Assembly: GCA_964016885.1 (NCBI GenBank)
Contig: OZ024749.1
Span: forward strand, 12,648,001 to 12,712,000
Origin: Eledone cirrhosa
Lineage: Eukaryota
Direction of reading: 5' to 3'
DNA: 64,000 nucleotides
Positions 12,326-25,629 of this stretch are shown here, one piece after another. The notes beneath the pieces were generated by a model that worked only from the letters and a program-made list of their open reading frames with translations, had not been told where the DNA came from and searched no databases. Position 1 is the first letter of the stretch. Every line of letters starts with the position of its first letter. A program made the translations under genes and the position numbers.

Positions 12326-12467
12326 GAGTTAATGTGGTCCCAGCCCTGTCTAAGACAGCAATAAATCCAAACAACAATCCACTTGGATCATAAGTTGTCG
12401 AACCCATTCCTATAAGCTAATAGACTTAAAATGTTGTAGGTGATGATGATGATGATGTTGATAGTGG

Positions 12468-12502
<35 letters not shown>

Positions 12503-13574
12503 TACCTATGTAAATACACAAACACGTGTCTGTGTGTGTTTGATGAAATAAAAAAAATCAGTACTGAATTAAATAATGAGGGGGGGGGGGGTAATAGCGC
12601 TAAATAAAACAGGAGAGGGAGGGGGTGAGTGTGGAGGAGGAGGAGAGAGAGGGATATGATGAAGTGGGGAAGGGCTTACTAATATAGAACTGACCCCAAG
12701 TTTAAGGAAGTTCCCCTGTTGAGAAAATTCCACTATTTTTAGGGGATGTTTTGTGTGTGAGGTGGTAGTGGTGGTGGGGGTGGGGTGGGGGGGTTTAACT
12801 ATTTAGGTCAGTGTAGATTTTAAAGGGGGCTAGGTTTTGAAGATGGGTGACCTGTTTTTCCCCAGCACTGGAAGGGGGAGGAGAACTATAGACATACCTC
12901 AGAAATTTGGGGTAGATGTGTGTAAATGGTAGGGTAGATAGGTATGTAAGGGGTGGGCTTTCTGTGGGGATGAGAGGGAAGAGAAAGCTAGGGGTTTCAA
13001 TGGGGGCTAAGAAGAGCCATGATGAGATGAAGTGCAGGGTGCTTGGGGTGATGGAAGGGGGGAGATTCCCTAAATAGGGGCCAGAAATCACTTCCAGACT
13101 ATGTGTGGGTGGGTGTTGATGTGTGCAAGGGGGAGGGGAGTTAATGGTGTGAGGGTGGTGGGGAGGAGGAATGCCTCCACTTAAAAGAGTGCAGGGAGAT
13201 TTAAAGGTGTTAAGTGAATGTGGATGGGTTTTGTCCCCTCATTTATCACAGCTGCCATAGAGGGACCACACAAAGCATATATATATACCCCAGCAGAGAC
13301 AAGCACAGTTCAGGGGTTCATGTAGCCAATAGAAGAGAGAGAAGTAAACTGTTATTATATTAAGTCTTGGTTAACCCTTTCTCTCCTGATAGAGCCAGGG
13401 GGGGGGGGACCCTGTTTTGACATACTGTGTCCTGTCTTGGATATTTAAACCTGGTGGAGCCCATCCCCTCTCTAGTGCTGATGCAGCCAGGGATGGGGGT
13501 TCTTCCAGTAAGAGAGAGAGAGAGTGAGAACGCTACAGGACCCTAGTACTGGGCTCTAAAAGTCTGTGTCAAGC

Positions 13575-13825
13575 CTGACGACTTAGACCATTGCTTATCC
13601 TGGTTTCCATGGCATGAAATGACAGGGGACAAGACTCCACTCCCATGACAGGATGCCAGTCCACTGCAGGGTTAAACCTCCAGTTATAGCTGGTACTCAT
13701 TTTCAGCTGAGTATACTGGAGCAACGAAGTGTTTTGCCCAAGAACACAACACACAACACAGTCCAGGAATCAAACCCACAACAATATGATCCCAAGTCCA
13801 ACACTCTTACCACAAGGCCACAAGC
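13575..13825 (-). mobile_element. Older CORE-type SINE
   Basis: tggccttgtggtaagagtg..ggtttgattcc..gttcttgggcaaaacactt..ctcagctgaaaatgagta on the minus strand. Confidence 0.7.
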
Positions 13826-14069
13826 CCCAGCACTTGACTGGTACTTTTTTAATCGATCTTGAAATAACGAAACACAAAGTTGAGACCTCAACAAGATCTG
13901 GACTCAACTGAAAAGTCCCCTGACTTCTATTTTGGAGCAAGTTTTCTGCAGCTGAGTGCCCTTCAATTAACCATAAAACCAAACACTTTACAGAAGGTAA
14001 TGTTTTTCTTCTTTTTTTCTTTTTTGTAGGGTTAGCCAAGAGAGGATAAAAAACACAATTGCTACTTAC

Positions 14070-14231
14070 CATCAAATTTATTTGTTCTCGATGTAAATAA
14101 AGACCGAAGTGGTTCAATAGCTTTTTGCAGGAGTATTTGATAGTCTTTAGCACTCAGCTCCACCAACTCACTTTCCATACTCTTTGTACAACAGGTAGCT
14201 CCTCCCGATGAACACATTTGGGCAGCATCGC
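14070..14231 (-). CDS. Internal coding exon (exon 2 equivalent) of a glypican, GPC4/GPC6/dally-like type
   Basis: Minus strand has acceptor tttctctgtttcag|GCG at 14231 and donor TTTGATG|gtaagt at 14070; 162 bp, phase 1-1, no stops. It translates as (G)DAAQMCSSGGATCCTKSMESELVELSAKDYQILLQKAIEPLRSLFTSRTNKFD, matching the glypican exon-2 pattern G..L.iC....TCCT.eME..L...S..ef.........l...F.sr..KFD. Flanking exons are not seen in the window. Confidence 0.85.
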
Positions 14232-14442
14232 CTGAAACAGAGAAAGATTATAAAATAAAAAGACCTTGTTATTCAGTAAGATAACTTGCACTTACTATTT
14301 ATCATCAGAATCCTTCATCAGAAGATAGAGTTAGAAATAGAAGATAAATAGAAAGTAAAGAGTGAGGAGAGGAAGGAAAGGGGGAAAAAAGGAAGTAAAA
14401 AATGTGGGAGAAAAAAACACACAGGTGTTCAGTCAGCCATCT

Positions 14443-14506
<64 letters not shown>

Positions 14507-14615
14507 TGTACACAGACAGACAGATATCATTTAACATCTACTTTCCATCATGTCAGTAATGATAAATGCAAAGACCTAAATCCTGAGAGGACTTCATAAG
14601 GATTGTGTGTGTGTG

Positions 14616-14658
<43 letters not shown>

Positions 14659-14832
14659 GCACACACATATATATATCCAGGGAGTGTAACTTGGAGTTAC
14701 TGTAGGTTCACCAGGGTGAGCACTCGATGTTTAGGTTCACTTCAGTGTCGAGGTGTAGAGCTAGACAGAGTGTATTATAGTGAAATAAGATAGCAAGGAC
14801 GATTGGTTACTCCTTCATTACGTTTATTGGTT

Positions 14833-14926
14833 GGTGACGCATGTTTCGCCACTGACCAGCCCAAGGTTCGATCTGTATTGATCTGACCTGACTCTATAAT
14901 CCTGTAATCCGCGGCTCATCAGACCC
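14833..14926 (-). ncRNA. Hammerhead ribozyme with long stem II and GUC site
   Basis: ggt-CTGATGA(14922-14916)-gccgc...gtggc-GAAA-CATGCG-TC-acc; bracketed by an inverted repeat at about 14783-14820 and 14937-14975. Confidence 0.75.
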
Positions 14927-15371
14927 CTTGTAATGTTAATGAAGGAGTAACCAATCGTCCTTGTTATCTTATTTAACATATATATATATATATGATATAT
15001 ATGATATATATGATATATATATATATATATATGATATATATATATATATATATGATATATATATATATATATATGATATATATATATATATATATGATAT
15101 ATATATATATATATATGATATATATATATATATATATGATATATATATATATATATATGATATATATATATGATATATATATGATATATATATATGATAT
15201 ATATATGATATATATATATATATATATGATATATATATATATATATATGATATATATGATATATATATATGATATATATATATATATATATGATATATAT
15301 ATATATATATATATGATATATATATATATATATATGATATATATATGATATATATATATGATATATATATA

Positions 15372-15414
<43 letters not shown>

Positions 15415-15779
15415 CAAATGATCTCACTTAGGATGAAAACAAAAAATTGTTTGCTTAAACTTTTAATCTGTGCTAATATAGTAGTGTGGCTACATATGTA
15501 AGTGGGATACAGCTCCCTCTTCAGTCATGTCAAAGATATGACAACATCCCTAGTGCTAGTGCCATGATAAAATGCACTTGGATCACTCTTTATAGTAGTG
15601 CAGAAACATATGTAAGTGTCCCCCCAACACATCTGAGAGGACAGTGGCTCTGATTAACTCCTAACTTTGTCTGTGCTGACCTGCCCAACTCTTGCTGGAC
15701 CACAGATATTAAATGGTGATGATAAGTATATGAATGTAAATAAGACCACTATTGCTCCAATCAGTCCGCAATCATTCAG

Positions 15780-16082
15780 CAAACACCCTCCCTCCTGGTT
15801 CAGAAGCACCATGGGTCCAGTGGAAGACACTCAACCGGCTGAGAATAAGAATGGGGCTATCAAAAGCTGCTATGGCCAGATGGGGCTACAAGACCGGGGC
15901 CCAACCATCTGCGAATGTGGAGAGGAGGACCATACGATGCAGCACTGCCTTGTTTGCCCTCTACTACCCAACCAGTGCAGCTTAAAAGATCTCACAGAAT
16001 TTAATAATAATGTAAAGGACTGTGTAAAGAAATGGGAAACTGTCATATAACCTTCATGCTTTGAAGATACGAAAAGAAGAAG
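15780..16082 (+). pseudogene. Non-LTR retrotransposon 3' end (Ingi/Vingi/I-group-like C-terminal zinc knuckle)
   Basis: WKTLNRLRIRMG..MARWGY, then a frameshift, then CECGEEDHTMQHCLVCP...*, followed by an ACGAAAAGAAGAAG tail. Confidence 0.7.
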
Positions 16083-16304
16083 CAAACTCCCTGAACTGAA
16101 TACCAACCTGCACTCATGACACCTGCCAAACCAAACCACACCTATCCTCCACATTTGGCAATCCTAGTGTAGACCACCCACTTTCCCAAACTCCGCTTAT
16201 CGAACTGGACTGCAACAGCCACTAAATGGGGAAGACAAACGCTATCAAGCTGCAGCTGTCATATTATGTAAGTTTCTATATAATAAATGGTTGTGAGTCA
16301 TGAA

Positions 16305-16670
16305 CTTTAAAGGTATCTGGCTTGAAATGACTGAGTGCATTTGAAATGTTATGCTATAGGTGTGCACTTAGAATTAGCTGGACAGCTCACAGAACAAATG
16401 ACCAATCAACAGTTGGTTGAAACAGTAAAGAAAAGGAAGCTTCAGTAGTTTGGTCATGTCATCAGAGCCCAAAATTTGACTACCCCACACCCTTGAGCGA
16501 CAAATACAGGGGAAAAGGGCCAGAGAGATGGTAGAAAATGCGATGGACAGATGATATTAAAGAATGGACAGGAAGGAGTTTGGCAGAATCTATGGCAATA
16601 GCAAGAGACAGGAAAAGATGGAGAGTGCTGGTCCATAAGTCCCTGATCCTCAGATATGACAATGAGATGA
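16305..16670 (+). pseudogene. Degenerate RTE LINE 3' fragment
   Basis: CYRCALRISWT, TVKKRKLQ*FGHVIR and MRWTDDIKEWTGRSLAE..ARDRKRWR, with stops and frameshifts. Confidence 0.8.
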
Positions 16671-17192
16671 GATTGCGATATAATAAAGCTAATAAAGCTA
16701 TTATTATTTGCAGTGACCATGATCCCATTATGATGTTAAGTGAACCTAACAATTCCAATTAATTTGAGACAAAGGTCAAGTCAAAGTCACATTTTTGTGT
16801 CCATATGAAACAGAGTTAAGTTCTAATTATATATCTTAATTAAAAACAGGTCATATCTAAATTACATCTTAATTAGAAACAATGGTCATGACCCAATTAT
16901 AAAGAGATAATTAACAAACAGCAATTAATTGATAAGGTAATTGAGACATCTAATTAAATGTCTTGCTATATTGGTCTTGACTTTCTGTGCTCTGAGTTCA
17001 ACTTTGCCCTTTTTTTCTTTTCAGGGTAAAAAATAAAGTATACAATCCAGTCCAGGGGCTGTGAAATGAGGGAATTGTTTGAATGTCAAATCTGATGTCT
17101 TGCAGAATCTCTTTTGTCCATTTTGATTTTGAGTTTCCTTGCAATCTCACAGGGTACCAAGCTGTATCAGCCCTTGTCTTTCTTTTCCTTGG

Positions 17193-19462
17193 ACAACATC
17201 AGTGGTATGGTGAGAGGAGAAACTTAGACGCTAGAGTTACCGATGGTTAGTTTTACACAACATCAGTGGTATGGTGAGAGGAGAGACTTAGACACTAGAG
17301 TTACCGATGGTTAGTTTTACACAACATCAGTGGTATGGTGAGAGGAGAAACTTAGATACTAGAGTTACCAATGGCTAGTTTTACACAACATCAGTGGTAT
17401 GGTTAGAGGAGAGACTTAGATACTAGAGTTACCGATGGTTAGTTTTACACAACATCAGTGGTATGGTGAGAGGAGAAACTTAGACACTAGAGTTACCGAT
17501 GGTTAGTTTTACACAACATCAGTGGTATGGTGAGAGGAGAAACTTAGACACTAGAGTTACCAATGGTTAGTTTTACACAACATCAGTGGTATGGTGAGAG
17601 GAGAGACTTAAACACTAGAGTTACCGATGGTTAGTTTTACACAACATCAGTGGTATGGTGAGAGGAGAGACTTAGATACTAGAGTTACCGATGGTTAGTT
17701 TTACACAACAACAGTGGTATGGTGAGAGGAGAGACTTAGATACTAGAGTTACCGATGGTTAGTTTTACACAACATCAGTGGTATGGTGAGAGGAGAGACT
17801 TAGACACTAGAGTTACTGATGGTTAGTTTTACACAACAACAGTGGTATGGTGAGAGGAGAGACTTAGATACTAGAGTTACCGATGGTTAGTTTTACACAA
17901 CATCAGTGGTATGGTGAGAGGAGAGACTTAGATACTAGAGTTACCGATGGTTAGTTTTACACAACATCAGTGGTATGGTGAGAGGAGAGACTTAAATACT
18001 AGAGTTACCGATGGTTAGTTTTACACAACATCAGTGGTATGGTGAGAGGAGAGACTTAGACACTAGAGTTACTGATGGTTAGTTTTACACAACATCAGTG
18101 GTATGGTGAGAGGAGAGACTTAAATACTAGAGTTACCGATGGTTAGTTTTACACAACATCAGTGGTATGGTGAGAGGAGAGACTTAGACACTAGAGTTAC
18201 TGATGGTTAGTTTTACACAACATCAGTGGTATGGTGAGAGGAGAGACTTAAATACTAGAGTTACCGATGGTTAGTTTTACACAACATCAGTGGTATGGTG
18301 AGAGGAGAGACTTAGACACTAGAGTTACTGATGGTTAGTTTTACACAACATCAGTGGTATGGTGAGAGGAGAGACTTAGATACTAGAGTTACCGATGGTT
18401 AGTTTTACACAACATCAGTGGTATGGTGAGAGGAGAGACTTAAATACTAGAGTTACCGATGGTTAGTTTTACACAACATCAGTGGTATGGTGAGAGGAGA
18501 GACTTAGACACTAGAGTTACTGATGGTTAGTTTTACACAACATCAGTGGTATGGTGAGAGGAGAGACTTAGACACTAGAGTTACTGATGGTTAGTTTTAC
18601 ACAACATCAGTGGTATGGTGAGAGGAGAGACTTAAATACTAGAGTTACCGATGGTTAGTTTTACACAACATCAGTGGTATGGTGAGAGGAGAGACTTAGA
18701 CACTAGAGTTACTGATGGTTAGTTTTACACAACATCAGTGGTATGGTGAGAGGAGAGACTTAAATACTAGAGTTACCGATGGTTAGTTTTACACAACATC
18801 AGTGGTATGGTGAGAGGAGAGACTTAGACACTAGAGTTACTGATGGTTAGTTTTACACAACATCAGTGGTATGGTGAGAGGAGAGACTTAGATACTAGAG
18901 TTACCGATGGTTAGTTTTACACAACATCAGTGGTATGGTGAGAGGAGAGACTTAGATACTAGAGTTACCGATGGTTAGTTTTACACAACATCAGTGGTAT
19001 GGTGAGAGGAGAGACTTAGATACTAGAGTTACCGATGGTTAGTTTTACACAACATCAGTGGTATGGTGAGAGGAGAGACTTAGATACTAGAGTTACCGAT
19101 GGTTAGTTTTACACAACATCAGTGGTATGGTGAGAGGAGAGACTTAGATACTAGAGTTACCGATGGTTAGTTTTACACAACATCAGTGGTATGGTGAGAG
19201 GAGAGACTTAGATACTAGAGTTACCGATGGTTAGTTTTACACAACATCAGTGGTATGGTGAGAGGAGAGACTTAGATACTAGAGTTACCGATGGTTAGTT
19301 TTACACAACATCAGTGGTATGGTGAGAGGAGAGACTTAGATACTAGAGTTACCGATGGTTAGTTTTACACAACATCAGTGGTATGGTGAGAGGAGAGACT
19401 TAGATACTAGAGTTACCGATGGTTAGTTTTACACAACATCAGTGGTATGGTGAGAGGAGAGA
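17193..19462. repeat. 64-bp minisatellite, about 35.5 copies
   Basis: Unit acaacatcagtggtatggtgagaggagagacttagatactagagttaccgatggttagttttac. Confidence 0.95.
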
Positions 19463-19642
19463 CCTGCACCTTGGAGAAGAGTTTTCTGTATGAAAATTCA
19501 AGGTCTTCATGAGATACATGGGAGCCCAGAATTAGCAAGAAAGACTATGGAAGTCCAAGAACGACCACCGGAGGCCTAGGTATTAACATGACATGTCAAG
19601 TACTAATTAAAATACATTAATTACAATACATTAATTACAATG

Positions 19643-19815
19643 GTAGTATCGGTAGAGAGTTGGACGCCATGCTTTCCAGCATAGTTACGTCCCTTTACGG
19701 TCTGAGTTCAAATCCCGCCGAGGTTTACTTTGCCTTTCATCCTTACGGGGTCGATAAAATAAAGTACCAGTAATGCACTGGGTTATTGCTGGCCTTGTGC
19801 CAAAAGTAGAAACAA
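19643..19815 (+). mobile_element. tRNA-derived SINE with Nin/Deu-type central domain
   Basis: gagttcaaatcccgccgagg..actttgcctttcatccttacggggtcgataaaataaagtaccag. Confidence 0.8.
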
Positions 19816-20229
19816 TTAATTACAATTATAATTTGCTAATTACAAAGACCCTGCCTAATTAAAATGTGTTAATTACAAATAAAGGACATGGTCCCAATTA
19901 AAATGGGCTAATAAGTGAAGGACAGGGAGGACATGACAACTTCCCAAGTACTGGGGCCATGATAAATAAAATGCACCCAGTACACTCTGTAAAGAGGCTG
20001 ACATTACATCACAATTTCATTCTACTTGTAAGATATATAACTGATTGTGTGTGTGTGTGTGCATATATGATGAATGTGGTGTGTGCGTGCATATATGATG
20101 AATGTGGTGTGTGCGTGCATATATGATTGGATGTAGTGTGTGCATGCATATATGATCGGGATGTGTGTGTGTGTGCATATATGAGTGGGTGTGTGAGATA
20201 ACTGGGGGCAAGGGGACATCTTTCTACAG

Positions 20230-22650
20230 TGAGTGAGTGAGTGAGTGAGTGAGTGAGTGAGTGAGTGAGTGAGTGAGTGAGTGAGTGAGTGAGTGAGTGA
20301 GTGAGTGAGTGAGTGAGTGAGTGAACACTAGAAATCCAGCCAAGAACTGTACAAAGCCTTTGACCCAATTCACACAGGGTCAATTGGTGGTAGTGATGAT
20401 GGTAAGATGGTAACAATGGTGGTTGGGATGATGGTAAGATGGTAACAATGGTGGTTGGGATGATGGTAAGATGGTAACAATGGTGGTAGTGATGATGGTA
20501 AGATGGTAACAATGGTGGTTGGGATGATGGTAAGATGGTAACAATGGTGGTTGGGATGATGATGGAGGTAAGTTGTTGCTGAAGGTGATGGTGATGATAA
20601 TGATGGTGGTCGTAGTGGTGGCAGTGGTTGGTGGTGGTAATAGTGGTGGTGGCAGTGGTTGGTGGTGGTAATAGTGGTTGGTGGTGGTAATAGTAGTGGT
20701 GGCAGTGGTTGGTGGTGGTGGTAATAGTGGTGGTGGCAGTGGTTGGTGGTGGTAATAGTGGTGGTGGCAGTGGTTGGTGGTGGTAATAGTGGTGGTGGCA
20801 GTGGTTGGTGGTGGTAATAGTAGTGGTGGCAGTGGTTGGTGGTGGTGGTAATAGTGGTGGTGGTAATAGTGGTTGGTGGTGGTAATAGTAGTGGTGGCAG
20901 TGGTTGGTGGTGGTAATAGTGGTGGTGGCAGTGGTTGGTGGTGGTGGTAATAGTGGTGGTGGCAGTGGTTGGTGGTGGTAATAGTGGTGGTGGCAGTGGT
21001 TGGTGGTGGTAATAGTGGTGGTGGCAGTGGGTGGTGGTGGTGGTAATAGTGGTGGTGGCAGTGGTTGGTGGTGGTAATAGTAGTGGTGGCAGTGGTTGGT
21101 GGTGGTAATAGTGGTGGTGGCAGTGGTTGGTGGTGGTGGTAATAGTGGTGGTGGCAGTGGTTGGTGGTGGCAGTGGTTGGTGGTGGTAATAGTGGTGGTG
21201 GCAGTGGTTGGTGGTGGTAATAGTAGTGGTGGCAGTGGTTGGTGGTGGTAATAGTGGTGGTGGCAGTGGTTGGTGGTGGTGGTAATAGTGGTGGTGGCAG
21301 TGGTTGGTGGTGGTAATAGTGGTGGTGGCAGTGGTTGGTGGTGGTAATAGTGGTGGTGGCAGTGGTTGGTGGTGGTGGTAATAGTGGTGGTGGCAGTGGT
21401 TGGTGGTGGTAATAGTGGTGGTGGCAGTGGTTGGTGGTGGTAATAGTGGTGGTGGCAGTGGGTGGTGGTGGTGGTAATAGTGGTGGTGGCAGTGGTTGGT
21501 GGTGGTAATAGTAGTGGTGGCAGTGGTTGGTGGTGGTAATAGTGGTGGTGGCAGTGGTTGGTGGTGGTGGTAATAGTGGTGGTGGCAGTGGTTGGTGGTG
21601 GCAGTGGTTGGTGGTGGTAATAGTGGTGGTGGCAGTGGTTGGTGGTGGTAATAGTAGTGGTGGCAGTGGTTGGTGGTGGTAATAGTGGTGGTGGCAGTGG
21701 TTGGTGGTGGTGGTAATAGTGGTGGTGGCAGTGGTTGGTGGTGGTAATAGTGGTGGTGGCAGTGGTTGGTGGTGGTAATAGTGGTGGTGGCAGTGGTTGG
21801 TGGTGGTGGTAATAGTGGTGGTGGCAGTGGTTGGTGGTGGTAATAGTAGTGGTGGCAGTGGTTGGTGGTGGTAATAGTGGTGGTGGCAGTGGTTGGTGGT
21901 GGTGGTAATAGTGGTGGTGGCAGTGGTTGGTGGTGGTAATAGTGGTGGTGGCAGTGGTTGGTGGTGGTGGTAATAGTGGTGGTGGCAGTGGTTGGTGGTG
22001 GTAATAGTGGTGGTGGCAGTGGTTGGTGGTGGTAATAGTGGTGGTGGCAGTGGTTGGTGGTGGTAATAGTAGTGGTGGCAGTGGTTGGTGGTGGTGGTAA
22101 TAGTGGTGGTGGCAGTGGTTGGTGGTGGTAATAGTGGTGGTGGCAGTGGTTGGTGGTGGTGGTAATAGTGGTGGTGGCAGTGGTTGGTGGTGGTAATAGT
22201 AGTGGTGGCAGTGGTTGGTGGTGGTAATAGTGGTGGTGGCAGTGGTTGGTGGTGGTGGTAATAGTGGTGGTGGCAGTGGTTGGTGGTGGTAATAGTGGTG
22301 GTGGCAGTGGTTGGTGGTGGTGGTAATAGTGGTGGTGGCAGTGGTTGGTGGTGGTAATAGTGGTGGTGGCAGTGGTTGGTGGTGGTGGTAATAGTGGTGG
22401 TGGCAGTGGTTGGTGGTGGCAGTGGTTGGTGGTGGCAGTGGTTGGTGGTGGTGGCAGTGGTTGGTGGTGGTGGTAATAGTGGTGGTGGCAGTGGTTGGTG
22501 GTGGCAGTGGTTGGTGGTGGTGGCAGTGGTTGTTGGTGGTGGTAATAGTGGTGGTGGTAATAGTGGTGGTGGTAATAGTGGTGGTGGCAGTGGTTGGTGG
22601 TGGTGGTAATAGTGGTGGTGGCAGTGGTTGGTGGTGGTGGCAGTGGTAAC
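20230..22650. repeat. (GAGT)n followed by GGT-rich minisatellites
   Basis: Direct reading. Confidence 0.95.
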
Positions 22651-23078
22651 ATGGCTGATGTTATCTCCCTTTCCTCACCTCTTCTATTATAGATGTATCA
22701 AAAAAGGACAACAGAGTTAGTAACAGACCTGACTAGAAGGAATTAGTTGGAGGAGAAGTTAGAGGAGATGCTGTGTGTGTGTGTGTGTGTTGGGGGTATA
22801 ATTAAATCACTGCTCCCCCACCCCATCACAGCAGTATCAGCAGCTGTAGGTGAATTAGGGACCATAGACTTTAAAAAAACCCCAATAAAATGAAATAATG
22901 TCCAAACCAAATCTGAGAGAAAGACAGTGACTTAGGTGTAGTGTCTGCCACCCCCCTTGCCCCTTTCAGAAGTTGCTTAGTAATCTTTGTCCTTTCCCTC
23001 TCATAATCTTTTACAATGTTATTTTTTTTTTCTTTGATTGATTTCTATTGATTTGTTTCTTTTGAATATTTTATATTC

Positions 23079-23130
<52 letters not shown>

Positions 23131-23152
23131 CAATAATCAAAGCTATGTTCAA

Positions 23153-23209
<57 letters not shown>

Positions 23210-23398
23210 GTTAGTTTTTTCATTACTTTGGTATTGTGTGTTAGGTTTTGCCTACCACAATGTTCAATTTGTCAAGCTATTTAAATGTATGTTTATTACT
23301 CTAAGGACCTACCCTTATTGCGTGCTTTGCTAACTCATTCATATTGTAGGTCGACTTTGCTTGCCCACAGCCAAAGCTTCGATTTTATTAAGCTTCCA

Positions 23399-23453
<55 letters not shown>

Positions 23454-23558
23454 AGTCAATGGGACTAGCATGGGTTTCACTGCTAGTACCGGTATATATA
23501 TACACACATTATTTATTTGTTTATGTTCATACACAGAACAAAGGCAGAACCCAATCTT

Positions 23559-23899
23559 TCAAGGCACTAATTTGACCATACATCCAGAAAATATGAAGCA
23601 TCAAAATAGCGATCTTTCTTCAGGCGCTTATGAGTCTCAGTATCGGTAGAGAGTCGGACGCTATGCTTTCCAGCATAGTTACGTCCCTTTACGATCTGAG
23701 TTCAAATCCCGCCGAGGTTCACTTTGCCTTTCATCCTTACGGGGTCGATAAAATAAAGTACCAGTAATGCACTGGGTAATTGCTGGCCTTGTGCCAAAAG
23801 TAGAAACAATTATCTTATAAACTCATACTAGCGCTTGAAGAATGGTCACTATTTTGATGCTTCCTATTTTCTGGATGTATGGTCAAATTAGTGCCTTGA
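23559..23899. repeat. Palindrome (about 80-bp arms) interrupted near its centre by a SINE
   Basis: tcaaggcactaatttgaccatacatccagaaaa...tatgagt [SINE] ttataaactcata...ttttctggatgtatggtcaaattagtgccttga. Confidence 0.8.
23638..23815 (+). mobile_element. Nin/Deu-type SINE
   Basis: Near-identical to 19643-19815. Confidence 0.82.
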
Positions 23900-24189
23900 T
23901 ACATTGTTTTCCTTTTTCTTTTCACATTTACGGATATCACTACATGCATACATACATATAAATTGTGTTTCATCATCATCATCGTTTAACGTCTATCTTC
24001 CATGCTTGCATGGATTATATATGTACAAAATGGAATAAATAAAACTTAAATGTTAAATGACATTAAATCTAACAAAAAAAAACAACAAAAACATATATAG
24101 TATAAGTTGAGAATTTGTAGATGGATTTAAATATGTTTTATATTTTGAGCTGAAGTTCTTCTTCAGGGATATAGACTGAGAAACTTAAC

Positions 24190-24660
24190 AGTGGGGACTT
24201 ATGGTGTTCTTGACCCGCCCCCCCCCCCCCCCATCTCTTCCTGGAGCCATCCCTACTCACTGCTATTGAGTGCAGAGTTGGCTACTTGCAAGAGTGAGGC
24301 CCCATAAATTGAACTGACTTCTTGTAAAACCTATAGTGTTCTTGGCTCTCCCCTAGGCCACATCCCTATTCACTGCTATTGGAGAGCTCTATGAGATGGA
24401 TTAGACTGGCTTCTTGTGAAACCGAGAGCAGTGGAGACTTCTGGCGTTCTAGGTTCCCTTCAGACCATATCCCAACTGACTACTATCAAGAGCAGAGTTG
24501 GCTACCTGCAAGAGTGAGCCCCATGGAAGGGCTGGCTTCTTGTCAAGCCTATAGCAGTGGAAATCTGCAGTGTTCTTACCCCAGCCCAACTCACCTCATC
24601 CCAGATCACATCCCTACTCACTGCAACCAAAACAGAGTTGGCTACCCTGCGAGGTGGAGT
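24190..24660. repeat. Old diverged tandem repeat (about 4 units of 110-140 bp)
   Basis: Recurrent catccctactcactgcta..cagagttggctac..ggcttcttgt. Confidence 0.7.
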
Positions 24661-25170
24661 GGCAATGGTTGTTCCAATGTGTCTCCCTTACCATCCTCTG
24701 GGGCAATATCTTCTCTCCATCCTCTGTCAGAACCACAAGGTGGGTTGACTCAGTTTCACCTATTATATCGCGGTATATTACGTATCAAATACACAAGCTG
24801 AATGTCATATCATATTTTTTCTTTGCTATTGTTTTATTCTTTATTTAGAAGTGTAACAGTGTAACAGAAGTGTGTAACAGCAATGTAACACTATTGTAAC
24901 ATTAGTGTAACACTGGTATTAACAGAAGTGTAACAGCTGTGTATCAGAAGTATAATAACAGTGTAACACTATTGTAACATGAGTGTAATAACAGTAACAT
25001 TATTGTAACATGAGTGTAATGCTGTTGTAACAGAAGTGTATAGGGAGTGCAACAACAGTGTGGCACTGTTGTAACATGAGTGTAACACCAGTGTAACAAG
25101 ACTGTGACACGTACTTAGCAGTAGAAGAAACCTGACAAATTTACAGCAGGTGTGTATATATGTGTCATTT

Positions 25171-25489
25171 CATCATCATCATCATTTCATTTTACGGTGG
25201 GACGGGAACTGATCCTGGCTTGATTTCTACAGCTGGATGCCCTTCCTAACACCAACCTCATTTACATTGAGTGCTGGGTGCTTTTTTGCCGTGGCACCTC
25301 CATGACCACTTTGCAGTGGAATGATATGGACCCCATTCCCTATCATCTCATTTCTACAGCTGAGTAAACTGGAGCAATGTGAAATAAAGTGTCTTGCTCA
25401 AGGAAACAACACATCACCCGGTCTGAGAATTGAACTCACAACCTTTCGATTGCAAGCCCAATGCTCTAACCACTAAGCCATGTGCCTCC
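25171..25489 (-). mobile_element. CORE-type SINE
   Basis: Reverse complement of 6389-6731. Confidence 0.9.
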
Positions 25490-25588
25490 ATGTGTGTATG
25501 TGGATATATATATATGAGTGTATGTATGTGTATATATGTGTGCGTATGTGTATATATATGTGTCTATGTGGATACATATATGTGTGTG

Positions 25589-25629
<41 letters not shown>

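Noticed and set aside
9936-12407. 720-820-aa His/Thr/Cys-rich ORFs
   Set aside because: Translation of a 10-bp satellite, open in all three frames.
17193-19462. CRISPR-like regular array
   Set aside because: No unique spacers, no cas genes, eukaryotic context.
24379-24801. 140-aa ORF as a host exon
   Set aside because: Lies in a diverged tandem repeat, with no recognisable domain.
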